Shown here one piece after another: positions 45,915 through 56,887 of a DNA stretch of 64,000 nt (its first letter is position 1; every line of letters begins with the position of its first letter). The DNA is taken from NCBI GenBank assembly GCA_036012755.1, contig DASCPX010000129.1:253027-317026 (forward strand), in the 5' to 3' direction. Below the pieces are notes generated by a model that did no database searches, was not told the origin of the DNA, and saw only the letters and a program-made list of their open reading frames with translations. The DNA comes from Myxococcota bacterium. Its GTDB lineage: Bacteria > Myxococcota_A > UBA796 > CAJQPC01. Both the position numbers and the translations under genes were made by a program.

Positions 45915-48833
45915 TCAGCTCGGCCGCACGACGACCCCCACCCCCGAGGAGGCGTGGATGCGAGCCTCGAGGGGCTCTGGCAGTCGCACGTGGCGGACCC
46001 CCTCCGACTCCGCGACCACGGGCAGCGACTCGAGCCAGTCGAGGTCGATGCTGCCGTCGCCGGTGGCGAGGTCGATGGTGAAGTAGGCGACTCGGAGCGA
46101 GGTGATGTTGTGGAAGAAGTGCGTGCCCAGTGATGGGTCCACGCGGAAGCCGGGGGAGGCCAGCTCGACCATCACGCGGGCGGCCGAGATCTGGTGCCAT
46201 GCGACCGGGATGCCGAGGTGGGGATCGGCGGTGCCCCACCGTCCGGGGGCGACGAGCAGGTAGGGCCGACCAGCTGCGGAGAGGCCGGCGTTCATGGAGT
46301 CGATCACGCGGGCCATAGCTCGAGTTCGAGGCACCTCGAAGCGCTGAGGGTGGACATAGATGACGTCCTGGATGTCGCTCACGACGCCGTGGCCCATTGC
46401 GCTCCCCCTCACCAGCGCCAGCTCGCCTTCTCGGATTCCCGCGGGCTCCGCCTCCTCTGGGAAGCGCTCGCGGACGAAGGGCCGGAGCTGGACGACGGCG
46501 AGCTCTGGCACTCCCCGGGCGCCCACCAGGTCCACGGCGAACTCGATCTCCACCGGAGTGCCGAAGCCGGCGGTGCCCATGTCCAACAGATCGCTGAGCA
46601 ACGGAGCGAGCGGAAAGCCGTCGTAGCGCAGGATGCTGGAGAAGTTGACGAGACGGGTCCCGGGGACATGGATCGAGTCCACGACGCGGTCATCTGCGGC
46701 TACGTAGGTAGCGCCCACAGGCGCCAGGGTCCCGTCGGCTTCGGCCACCGACAGCGGGCAGCGCGTCAGGCCCGGCTCTGCAGCGAGGAAGGGGCTGGCC
46801 ATGTCGAGAGCCAGGAACTCGCGCTGTGAGTACCTCAGCGCCGCGGCGGGCGAGGAGAGCTGGATCTCCAGAGCCGGGCGTCGGGGACAGAATCTGTATG
46901 CATTCTCCCCGTCCGCCACGACCTGACCCAGCCCGAGGGCGCTCACGGCGAGCCCGTCGTCGGGGTCCAGGCGCCCGATGGGGTAGAAGTTCCGCGACTG
47001 GGCGACCCCGGCGAAGTCCGGGTAGAAGCGATCTCCGTGACGCCGGCCCACGAGCCGCTGCACGATCACCCCCATCTTCTCCTCCTCCGAGCGCATGCCC
47101 GCTGCGCTCATGGAGCGCTGCGGACCGGTGAAGAAGGTGGAGGCGAAGACGATGCGGATCGCGCGGGACAGCTGCTCCAGTCGTTGTCGGGCGTCTGGGG
47201 CGTTGTTGGGGAGCAGGATCGTGCGATAGAGCCCGGCGAAGGGCTGGAACGGGGAGTCCTCGTAGAGACTGGAGGAGCGGACGGCCAGCGGGTACTGCAC
47301 GTTGGCGAGGAGGGCCTCGAGGTCGTGGGCGAGGCCCGTCCCCAGCGGGTGGCGCAGGAAGAGGGCCGCGATGTCCTCGTCGGAGTCCATCTGGAGCGCC
47401 TGCTCCCGAAGACCGTGGCGGTCGCACCAGGCGTCGAACACATCAGTGCAGATCGCGGTCGCTCGGGGAACGAAGACCCGGACATCCGGGTAGCGCTCGG
47501 CGATACCCGCGCTCGCGAGCTGGGCCGAGGCGAAGGCGATCCCGCGGCCCTTGCCGCCCATGGAGCCGCTGCCGAGGCGGGTGAAGTCCACGCTGAGGTG
47601 ATCCGCACCGCGCACGTAGTCCGCCACCTGGCCGCGCTGGCGGGCCTCCAGGAAGCGGCTGAAGATGTCGTGCAGCCACTGGCGGGCGCCCTCCGGATCG
47701 TCGAACTCGGCGTAGGTGCGGGCCCGGACCTTTCCGGCGAGATCGAAGAGCCCACGCGCCATCAGCCAGTTCGAGAAGTGGTTCCGCTCGGCGTGGTAGC
47801 GAAGCGAGCTCCCCGGGATGCTGTCGAGGATCTCGATCATCGCCCGCAGATCCTTCGCCTTGGTGACCATCTGGCCGTCTTCGCCCCGGAACACGAAGGC
47901 CCCGAAGCCGAGGTGGTCGAGCATGAACTGCCGCAACTCCTTGAGGAGCTCCGGCGAGTTCTTGTCGGCCCAGCCGACCTCCAGCTGCTCTGCGGTGACG
48001 TCGAGCTCGTCTTCGGCCGACTGGAGCAGGACGGCGAGATCCGGCATCCGGTTGCGGACGCGCCGGACGAGACGGATGCCCGCGGTCGGATCGAGCTTGC
48101 CCTTTCGCGGGAACTGCAGGTCGCAGACGATCCCGAGCAGGTAGTTCTGGTAGCGGCGGAGCAGCTTGTCGGCCTCTTCATAGGTTCGCGCAAGCAGGAT
48201 TCGCGGCCGAGCCCGCATGCGGTACATGCGGTCGGCCTCGTTCAGGCCTGCCGGCATCAGCGAGCGGGTCTGCTCCATCAGCTCGCGGTACATGATCGGC
48301 AGGTAGGAGGAGTAGAAGGCGGGGGAGTCCTCGACGAGGATCAGGACCCGTACGTTCCCCTTGCGCGTGTCACGGGCGACGTTCTCCAGGTCCTCGACCA
48401 GCTTGACCATGGCGAACAAGACCCCCGGGTCGCCGGTCCACTGGAAGACGTGATCGAAGGGGTCGCCGCGGTCCAGGTAGCTCCGGGCCGTGACCTGGTC
48501 GTGGCTGAGCATCACGACCGGGAGCTCCGGGAGCTTCCGCTTCAGCTCTCGGACGAAGCGCGTCGGGGTCAACTCGGCGCAGTTGGGAGTGGTCACGACG
48601 AGGTCGGGGCGCTTCTCTCGTGCGAGGCGCAGGGCGTGCCGGGCGGAGGTCACCTGGTGAAACCGCGGTGACGACGCGAGGTTGAGCCGGATGTACTCCG
48701 CGAACAGCCGCTCCCCGAAGCGGCCGTCTTCCTCCAGGACGAAGCAGTCGTAGGGGCTGGCGACGAGGAGGATGTCCTCGACCCGGTGGCGCATCAGCGA
48801 CCGGTAGGCGCTGAAGCCAGTGGGCTCGGCCAC
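45915..48833 (-). CDS. Receiver-domain / PEP-pyruvate-binding (PPDK_N) domain protein
   Basis: ILLVASPYD, ILVEDS receiver, GGKGRG, LAVRSSSLYED...FAGLY, PGRWGTADP, SLGTHFFHN. Confidence 0.9.
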   Translation of the reverse strand: MAEPTGFSAYRSLMRHRVEDILLVASPYDCFVLEEDGRFGERLFAEYIRLNLASSPRFHQVTSARHALRLAREKRPDLVVTTPNCAELTPTRFVRELKRKLPELPVVMLSHDQVTARSYLDRGDPFDHVFQWTGDPGVLFAMVKLVEDLENVARDTRKGNVRVLILVEDSPAFYSSYLPIMYRELMEQTRSLMPAGLNEADRMYRMRARPRILLARTYEEADKLLRRYQNYLLGIVCDLQFPRKGKLDPTAGIRLVRRVRNRMPDLAVLLQSAEDELDVTAEQLEVGWADKNSPELLKELRQFMLDHLGFGAFVFRGEDGQMVTKAKDLRAMIEILDSIPGSSLRYHAERNHFSNWLMARGLFDLAGKVRARTYAEFDDPEGARQWLHDIFSRFLEARQRGQVADYVRGADHLSVDFTRLGSGSMGGKGRGIAFASAQLASAGIAERYPDVRVFVPRATAICTDVFDAWCDRHGLREQALQMDSDEDIAALFLRHPLGTGLAHDLEALLANVQYPLAVRSSSLYEDSPFQPFAGLYRTILLPNNAPDARQRLEQLSRAIRIVFASTFFTGPQRSMSAAGMRSEEEKMGVIVQRLVGRRHGDRFYPDFAGVAQSRNFYPIGRLDPDDGLAVSALGLGQVVADGENAYRFCPRRPALEIQLSSPAAALRYSQREFLALDMASPFLAAEPGLTRCPLSVAEADGTLAPVGATYVAADDRVVDSIHVPGTRLVNFSSILRYDGFPLAPLLSDLLDMGTAGFGTPVEIEFAVDLVGARGVPELAVVQLRPFVRERFPEEAEPAGIREGELALVRGSAMGHGVVSDIQDVIYVHPQRFEVPRTRAMARVIDSMNAGLSAAGRPYLLVAPGRWGTADPHLGIPVAWHQISAARVMVELASPGFRVDPSLGTHFFHNITSLRVAYFTIDLATGDGSIDLDWLESLPVVAESEGVRHVRLPEPLEARIHASSGVGVVVRPS

Positions 48834-48837
48834 GGCC

Positions 48838-50220
<1,383 letters not shown>

Positions 50221-50470
50221 TCAGGATAATGCCTGCGGCGCCTCGAGCGATCGACACTGCGCTCGCCCGTGGGGGGCCTTTCGCGCATTTGGCGCCATCG
50301 ACCTTCCCAACGGCGAGATCGGCCTGTTTGGCGACGGCGCGGTCCCCCGCCCTCCCCAACGAAGCGCCCGCTACGGAGCCTTCGAATCGAGCGCGGTGAG
50401 CACCATGAGCAGCTCGTCCCTGAACGAGGTCAAGGCACCCTCGTCGAAGCCCCCGTTGGGGGTCCCATGC

Positions 50471-51315
50471 TCAGTCGCTGAAAAACCCCTCTTCGAAGTG
50501 GTCCGTGAACCGCTCCAGCGCCACGTAGGCCCCGTAGCGCTGGAGCACGTGCATCATCGCCAGCCAGTCGGTGCCCTGCTCGGGGTAGTCCCGACCTGAC
50601 GCCAGCAAGGAGAGCGCTGTCGACGGCTCCACCACCGGCAGTCTCCACCGGCGACGAGCGTTCGCCTCGGACTTGTCCCACACCACCTGTGCTGTGTCGA
50701 AGGCGAGGATCTGTTGCCAGCGCAGGGGCCCATGGGGGTCTCCGGAGTTGTAGACCAGCGAGGCGATCACGAACTGTTCGTCCAGGGGGCGGGTCTCCAG
50801 CGCGGCTTCGCCCGAGCGCCTCAGCTTCCGGGCCGCGATGTCCTTCTCCCAGGCCCACATCAGCGCCGTGCCCGCGATGGCCTCTGAAAGGTCCATGTCT
50901 CGGGCGAGGTAGGGCACCAGGCTCCCGTCCCGCCCTTGCAGACGCGGCTTCGCGACCCCGGGCGGGCCCCAGGTCACCAGCTCGCCCAGGCCGGTTCCCA
51001 GCGCCGAGTCGAGCGGAGCACGCGCTCCTCCTCGGCCGTGTCCAACTCGCCGTCGAGGTAGCCGAAGTAGCGCTTCGGCGTCACGCCGCTCGTCACGTAG
51101 GTCTGGAGCTTGAAGGCCTCGTAGTCGACGATGTCCCGCCGCACCCGCTCGGGGGTCAGAAGCTCCGAGGGGTAGCCCTCGAGTCGCCGCCTGACCTGGC
51201 GCTCGAGGACCTCGGAGATCACGACGACATCAGCCTCGAGAGCCCCTGCGACCTCGGCCGCGCGGGCCTCGATGCGGGTGGGAGCGGCGACAGCGAGGGA
51301 CAGCGACAACAGCAT
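50471..51315 (-). pseudogene. Hypothetical secreted protein, apparently split (ORFs 50974..51315 and 50471..50977)
   Basis: Signal-bearing ORF loses coding character near 51010; the adjacent frame reads LDSALGTGLGELVTW into the second ORF. Confidence 0.5.
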
Positions 51316-51462
51316 GCTCAGTCGAACAAGCCGATGCGCTCCCAGGTTCCGGGAATCTGCGCGTCTTCGACGTGCAGGGCCAGTGCTTCGATGGAGGCTT
51401 CTCGCTGGGCCTTCATCGACGGTTATAGGCCCCGGTCCGTCTCCGCCGACAAAAGAGGTTCA

Positions 51463-52692
51463 GTGCAGCGCGTCGTCGTCACAGGCATCGGCCTGACCAG
51501 CTGCCTGGGGCAGGACCTCGCGACGGTGGCAGGGGCGCTGAGAGCGGGGGACTCTGGCATCGTGCGCGACCCGGAGCGCGTCGCCCTCGGATTCCGGAGT
51601 CCGCTGACCGGCCAGCTCACCGGCTTCGATCCCAAGGCGCTCCTGGGGCGCAAGGAGCGGCGCTCGATGAACGAGCCGGCGCTCTACGCGGGCTGCTCGG
51701 CGGTGAAGGCGCTCTCCGACGCGCGGCTCGACCGCTCGGAGGTGTCCGGCCCGATGGTCGGGGTGATCCTCGGGAACGACTCGCAGGTCGGGGACGCCAG
51801 CGCGGTGGTCGATCGGACTCGCGGAGATGGCGGGACCCGCAACCTGGGCTCCTCCGCCGTCGTCGACTGCATGAACTCCTCCCCCAGCATCAACCTGAGC
51901 GTCCTGCTCAAGAGCCAGGGCGCCTGCTGGACCCTGTCGGCAGCGTGTGCCTCCGGTGCCCACGCCATCGGCCAGGCCTGGGGCCTCATCGCCACCGGCC
52001 AGCAGGACGTCGTCGTCTGCGGCGGCGTGCAGGAGATCGGCTGGCGGGGCATGGCCGGCTTCGACGGGCTCGGGGCCTTCTCCACCCACGAGGGAGACCC
52101 TGGAGACGCTGTCCGGCCCTTCAGCCACGATCGGGACGGGCTCGTGCCGAGCGGTGGCGGGGCCGTGCTCATCCTCGAGAGCCTGGACCACGCCCGGGCT
52201 CGGGACGCCCGGGTCCGCGCAGAGGTGCTGTCCTACGCCTTCTCCAGCGATGGCCACCACGTGACCTCTCCCAGCGGAGCTGGCGCCGCCCGCTGCATCC
52301 GCAGCGCCATCGAGCGCGCGGGCTTGGGGCCCTCGGACATCGACTACCTCAACGCCCACGCCGCCGGGACCCGAGTCGGAGACGAGATCGAAGCCAGGGC
52401 CATCGTCGAGGTCTTCGGCGGCGCCTGCCCACCGGTGAGCTCCACGAAGTCGCTGACCGGTCACGAGTGCTGGATGGCCGGAGCGAGCGAGGTTGCCTAC
52501 TCGCTGCTCATGGCAGAGGGCGGCTTCCTCGCCCCGAACCGCAACTTCAGCGGCGCCGACGAGGGGCTCGAGAGCCTGGACGTCGTCGCGGCCCCGCGGG
52601 ATGTGTCCAGCCGCTACCTCCTCTCCAACAGCTTCGGCTTCGGCGGCACGAACGCTTGCCTCGTCCTCGACGCGGAGCCTGGCCTTGTCTGA
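51463..52692 (+). CDS. Beta-ketoacyl-ACP synthase (FabB/F-like)
   Basis: AGAGG RBS; RVVVTGIG, SAACASG, NAHAAGT, GHECWMAG, SNSFGFGG. Confidence 0.95.
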   Translation: MQRVVVTGIGLTSCLGQDLATVAGALRAGDSGIVRDPERVALGFRSPLTGQLTGFDPKALLGRKERRSMNEPALYAGCSAVKALSDARLDRSEVSGPMVGVILGNDSQVGDASAVVDRTRGDGGTRNLGSSAVVDCMNSSPSINLSVLLKSQGACWTLSAACASGAHAIGQAWGLIATGQQDVVVCGGVQEIGWRGMAGFDGLGAFSTHEGDPGDAVRPFSHDRDGLVPSGGGAVLILESLDHARARDARVRAEVLSYAFSSDGHHVTSPSGAGAARCIRSAIERAGLGPSDIDYLNAHAAGTRVGDEIEARAIVEVFGGACPPVSSTKSLTGHECWMAGASEVAYSLLMAEGGFLAPNRNFSGADEGLESLDVVAAPRDVSSRYLLSNSFGFGGTNACLVLDAEPGLV

Positions 52693-53107
52693 GCTCCCGG
52701 CGGTCGAAGACTGCATTCCTCATCGCGGAAGGTGGCTGCTCATCGAGCGCCTCACCTCGCTGACCGAGACGACCGTCACCGCCGAGGGCTCCTTCACCGG
52801 GGAGCAGGTCGAGGGGCACTTCCCCGGCCAGCCGGTGGTCCCCGGCGTGATGTTGCTGGAGGCCCTCGCCCAGACCATGGCGTGCCTCCACGTGCAGCTC
52901 CAGGAGGCCGAGGGCACCCCCTTCCTCGCCGGCTTCGAGAAGGTGCGCTTCAAGGCCCCCGTGCTCCCGCCGGCCACCTGCACCTTCGAGATCAAGCTGA
53001 CCGAGCAGCGCTTCGGCCTGACCCGCGCTTCGGGCGTGGTGAGGTGCCAGGGACGCAAGGTCTGCCAGGCCCGCCTCACCGGCGCGATCCTCCCAGATGC
53101 CCGCTGA
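52685..53107 (+). CDS. fabZ: 3-hydroxyacyl-ACP dehydratase (FabZ family)
   Basis: IPHR..LLIE, GHFPGQPVVPGVMLLEALAQ. Confidence 0.92.
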   Translation: MSELPAVEDCIPHRGRWLLIERLTSLTETTVTAEGSFTGEQVEGHFPGQPVVPGVMLLEALAQTMACLHVQLQEAEGTPFLAGFEKVRFKAPVLPPATCTFEIKLTEQRFGLTRASGVVRCQGRKVCQARLTGAILPDAR

Positions 53108-54605
53108 GACCCCGACCGCCCTCGTCATCGGTGCGGGCATGGGAGGGCTCACCGCCGCCGTCCTGCTCGGAATGCACGGCTACCGCGTGACCGTGCACGA
53201 GCAGCACTTCCGCCCTGGCGGGCTGCTCCACCGCTTCTTTCGCGAGGGAGCCCCTTACGACACGGGCTTCCACTACTGCGGCGGCGTCGCCCGCGAGGAC
53301 ATCCTCGGACGCTGCCTGAGGCACCTCGGCGTCTTTGACGAGATCCGCTTCCACCCCATGGACCCAGAGGGCTTCGACCGCATCATCGTGCAGGACACCG
53401 AGTTCCGCGTGCCGGTCGGCTGGGAGCGCTACCGCGACCGCCTCGTCGATGCCTTCCCGCACGAGAAGGCAGGCCTCGACGCCCTCTTCCGCGACATGCT
53501 GCGCGCTATCGGCCAGTACGGTCTGTACGTCTTCAAGATCGACGTCGACGTCGGCGAGTTCCTGAAGTGGGAGGGCACCGCGCTGATCGAGAAGATCCGC
53601 GAGCACATCCGGGATCCGTTGCTCATCGCCGTGCTCTGCGGACAGGGCGTGCTCTACGGGGTCCGGCCTTGCGATGCCCCCTTCGGGCTCCACAGCGTCA
53701 TCATCCACCACTTCGTCCGCGGCGCCCACCGGGTGACCGGCGGCGGGGATCGGCTCGCGAAGGTGATGGTGAACCGCATCGCAGAGCTCGGCGGCACGGT
53801 TCGCCTGCGCAGTCGGGTCCGAGAGATCATCGTCGAGGACAAGGTCGCCAAGGGGGTCCTGCTCGACAGCGGCGAGGTCCAGCGGGCCGACCTCGTCATC
53901 TCGAACATGCACCCCCGTGTGCTTTTGGACCACCTCCCCCAGGGTTCGGTCCGAAGGGCCTATCGGAACCGCGTCCTCGGCCAGCGGGTCGGCATCGCCC
54001 ACCTCGGCGTCTACATGCAGATCGACGGTACCGCCGAGACGATCGGCAACGCCAACATCTACCGCCACTTCAGCCTGGATCCCGAGCGTAGCCACGACGC
54101 GATGACGGTGGATGGGCCCCTGCCCTTCTACTTCGCCACCGCGCCGAACGAGGCCTACGAAGCGGAGGAGCGCAGGCGTCACGACGTCGTGCTCATGCTG
54201 CTCGCCCTGACCTGGAAGGACGTCGCCCGCTGGCACGGCACCCGCACGGGCCAGCGCGGAGCGGACTACGACGCCTTCAAGGCCGCCCTCCAACAGCGCG
54301 CCGTCGACGCTCTCCTTGGAGACCACCCGAGCCTCGCAGGGCGCGTCCTGCGGGTCGAGTCCAGCACCGGGCTCACGACCCAGCACTACACGGCGACCCC
54401 GGAGGGAGCCATGTACGGGCACTACCACTCGGTCGATCAGATGGGCAAGTACCGACCGAGCCAGGTCATCCGCGTTCGGAATCTCGTGCAGGTCGGCCAG
54501 GGAGTGTTCACCCCCGGCGTGCTGGGCGCGACGCTCTCGGCCTATTACGGGTGCGGCTTCCACCTGGGTCTGGAGAACCTGCTCGCGGAGCTTGAAGCAG
54601 CATGA
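53097..54605 (+). CDS. Phytoene-desaturase-like FAD-dependent oxidoreductase
   Basis: VIGAGMGGL, YDTGFHY, STGLT...EGAMYG, NLVQVGQ. Confidence 0.88.
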   Translation: MPAETPTALVIGAGMGGLTAAVLLGMHGYRVTVHEQHFRPGGLLHRFFREGAPYDTGFHYCGGVAREDILGRCLRHLGVFDEIRFHPMDPEGFDRIIVQDTEFRVPVGWERYRDRLVDAFPHEKAGLDALFRDMLRAIGQYGLYVFKIDVDVGEFLKWEGTALIEKIREHIRDPLLIAVLCGQGVLYGVRPCDAPFGLHSVIIHHFVRGAHRVTGGGDRLAKVMVNRIAELGGTVRLRSRVREIIVEDKVAKGVLLDSGEVQRADLVISNMHPRVLLDHLPQGSVRRAYRNRVLGQRVGIAHLGVYMQIDGTAETIGNANIYRHFSLDPERSHDAMTVDGPLPFYFATAPNEAYEAEERRRHDVVLMLLALTWKDVARWHGTRTGQRGADYDAFKAALQQRAVDALLGDHPSLAGRVLRVESSTGLTTQHYTATPEGAMYGHYHSVDQMGKYRPSQVIRVRNLVQVGQGVFTPGVLGATLSAYYGCGFHLGLENLLAELEAA

Positions 54606-55822
54606 AGCGCGTCGTGGTCACAGGCATGGGTCTGCGCAGCCCGCTGGGCTCGCACCCCGATGAGCTCTTCGATCGGCTCCTGGCCGGTGAGAGCGCGGTG
54701 CGTGCCTTTCCGGAGTGGTCCGACATCGACGAGCTCAAGTCCCTGGTCGCTGGCTCCGTCAGCGGCTTCGACCCGAAGGAGCTCCCGCGTAAGCACCGCC
54801 GCACCATGGGCCGCGTGGCGATGTACGCCGTCGGCGCCGCGGTCGACGCGGTGGGGCAGGCTGGGCTGGACGAGGAGCTGCTCAAGGGCGGTCGCACCGG
54901 GGTCGTCGCGGGCAGCACGACCGGCAGCAACCACGCCGACGAGGCCTTCTGGCGGCACTTCATCTCCGTCCGCTCCTGCCGCGGCATCAAGGGCACCCTC
55001 TTCTTCCAGGTCATGGCCCACACCGTCGCCACCAACCTCGCGATGTACTTCGGTGTCACCGGAGAGACGGTCTCTACCAACGCCGCCTGCGCGAGCTCGA
55101 CCCAGGCGATGGGCCACGCGCTGGACCGCATCCGCAGTGGGCGCGCCGACGTGGTCCTCGCCGGAGGCGCCGACGAGCTCCACGTCGCCGCGACCATGAC
55201 CTTCGACAGCATGATGGGTGCCTCCCGGGGCTTCAACGACCGGCCCTCGGAGACACCGCGGCCCTTCGATCGGCGTCGCGACGGCATCGTGGTCAGCGAG
55301 GGCGGCGCGGTGCTGGTCCTGGAGGAGCGTGACCACGCCCTGGCCCGGGGTGCCACCGTCCTGGCCGAGGTCCTCGGCTACGGCGGGAGCTCCGACGCCG
55401 TGAACATGGCCGCCCCTGCGCCAGAGGGCATGAAGACCGCTATCGAGGTCGGCCTCCGAGACGCGGGCGTGGCGGCCGCGGACATCGACTATGTCTGCGC
55501 CCACGCCACCGGCACCATCATCGGAGACGCCGCGGAGGCAGAGGCGCTTCATCGTGTCTTCGGGGACGGCGTGCCCGTGTCCTCGCTCAAGGGGCACCTC
55601 GGCCACATGCTCGGCGCTTGCGGCGCCGTCGAGGCCATCGCCTCTATCGTCGCCATGCGGCGCGGCGTCGTGCCCCACACACGCAACCTCGAAGACCCGG
55701 ACGTCGCCCCGATCCAGCTCCCTCGGGAGCCGCTGGAGCGGGTGGTCCGACGCGTCCTCTCCACGAACTTCGCCTTCGGTGGAGTCAACACCGCGCTGGT
55801 CCTGGGCCGGCCCGAGGAGTGA
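54602..55822 (+). CDS. Beta-ketoacyl-ACP synthase (FabF-like)
   Basis: RVVVTGMG, NAACASS, CAHATGT, GHMLG, NFAFGG. Confidence 0.95.
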   Translation: MKRVVVTGMGLRSPLGSHPDELFDRLLAGESAVRAFPEWSDIDELKSLVAGSVSGFDPKELPRKHRRTMGRVAMYAVGAAVDAVGQAGLDEELLKGGRTGVVAGSTTGSNHADEAFWRHFISVRSCRGIKGTLFFQVMAHTVATNLAMYFGVTGETVSTNAACASSTQAMGHALDRIRSGRADVVLAGGADELHVAATMTFDSMMGASRGFNDRPSETPRPFDRRRDGIVVSEGGAVLVLEERDHALARGATVLAEVLGYGGSSDAVNMAAPAPEGMKTAIEVGLRDAGVAAADIDYVCAHATGTIIGDAAEAEALHRVFGDGVPVSSLKGHLGHMLGACGAVEAIASIVAMRRGVVPHTRNLEDPDVAPIQLPREPLERVVRRVLSTNFAFGGVNTALVLGRPEE

Positions 55823-55824
55823 AC

Positions 55825-56553
55825 ATGGAGCTCGAAGGCAAGGTCGCCATCGTCACAGGGGGCGGTCGCGGCATCGGCAGGGCGATCGCCCTGGAGCTGG
55901 CGCGCGGTGGCGCCAAGGTGGTGGTGAACTACCGCCAGGACTCAGAGGCCGCCGCCGCGGTCGCCGCCGAGACCAAGGGCCTGGCCGTCTGCGCCGACGT
56001 CTCGACGACAGAGGGCTGCGAGGGCCTCGTCGCGGCCGCCGAGGAGCACTTCGGCCCCATCGACATCGTCATCAACAACGCGGGCATCACCCGCGACGGG
56101 CTGCTCATGCAGATGAGCGACGAAGACTGGGAGAGCGTGCTGGCGACCAACGCCGGGGGCTGCTTCCGCATGTGTCGCGCGGTCATGGGTGGCATGGTCC
56201 GCCGTCGGGCCGGCTGCATCGTGAACCTCACCAGCATCAGCGGAATCCGGGGAAACTCGGGGCAGGCGAACTACTCGGCCAGCAAGGCGGCCATCATCGG
56301 CATGACCCGCTCGATGGCCAAGGAGGTGGCCAAGCGCAAGATCCGCATCAACGCGGTCGCGCCTGGCTTCATCGAGACCGACATGACCAAGGTGCTGCCG
56401 GATCTGGTGATCGACGGCGCTCGGAGGGCGGTCCCGATGCGTCGCCTCGGTCAGCCTGAAGAGATCGCGCCCATCGTTCGTTTCCTGTGTGGACCCGGGG
56501 CCACCTACATCACGGGCCAGCTGTTCGTAGTGGACGGAGGAATGTCCTGCTGA
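55825..56553 (+). CDS. fabG: 3-oxoacyl-ACP reductase
   Basis: TGGGRGIG, NNAGITRD, GQANYSASK, VAPGFIETDMT. Confidence 0.95.
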   Translation: MELEGKVAIVTGGGRGIGRAIALELARGGAKVVVNYRQDSEAAAAVAAETKGLAVCADVSTTEGCEGLVAAAEEHFGPIDIVINNAGITRDGLLMQMSDEDWESVLATNAGGCFRMCRAVMGGMVRRRAGCIVNLTSISGIRGNSGQANYSASKAAIIGMTRSMAKEVAKRKIRINAVAPGFIETDMTKVLPDLVIDGARRAVPMRRLGQPEEIAPIVRFLCGPGATYITGQLFVVDGGMSC

Positions 56554-56556
56554 TAG

Positions 56557-56574
56557 TTCGGGTGGCCGCCCGAA
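56557..56574 (+). promoter_or_regulatory. Intergenic hairpin before ACP
   Basis: TTCGGGTGGCCGCCCGAA inverted repeat. Confidence 0.45.
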
Positions 56575-56596
56575 AGCAGAGACAGGGGTACGATCG

Positions 56597-56887
56597 ATGA
56601 CCGCCGAACAGATCATCGCCAAGGTCGATGAGATCCTCGTCGAGGAGTTCGAACTGGACGAAGCGAGCGTCGTCCCGGGGGCCACCCTCCGAGAAGACCT
56701 CGACCTCGACAGCCTCGACGCCGTCGATCTCATCGTCGCGCTCGAGAAGGCCTTTGGCTTCCGCATCGACGAGCAGGTCGTCGTCGAGATGAAGACCGTC
56801 GGTGACATCCACGGCTACATCCGCGACCACTTCGGCAGCGACGCCCAGGTCGAGGCCGCCGCAAAGAAGGTCCAGGCCTCCGCCTAG
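56597..56887 (+). CDS. Acyl carrier protein
   Basis: EDLDLDSLDAVDL motif. Confidence 0.95.
   Translation: MTAEQIIAKVDEILVEEFELDEASVVPGATLREDLDLDSLDAVDLIVALEKAFGFRIDEQVVVEMKTVGDIHGYIRDHFGSDAQVEAAAKKVQASA

Noticed and set aside
53097..54605. Carotenoid pathway (crtI)
   Set aside because: No crtB or crtE nearby; the gene is coupled to FAS genes
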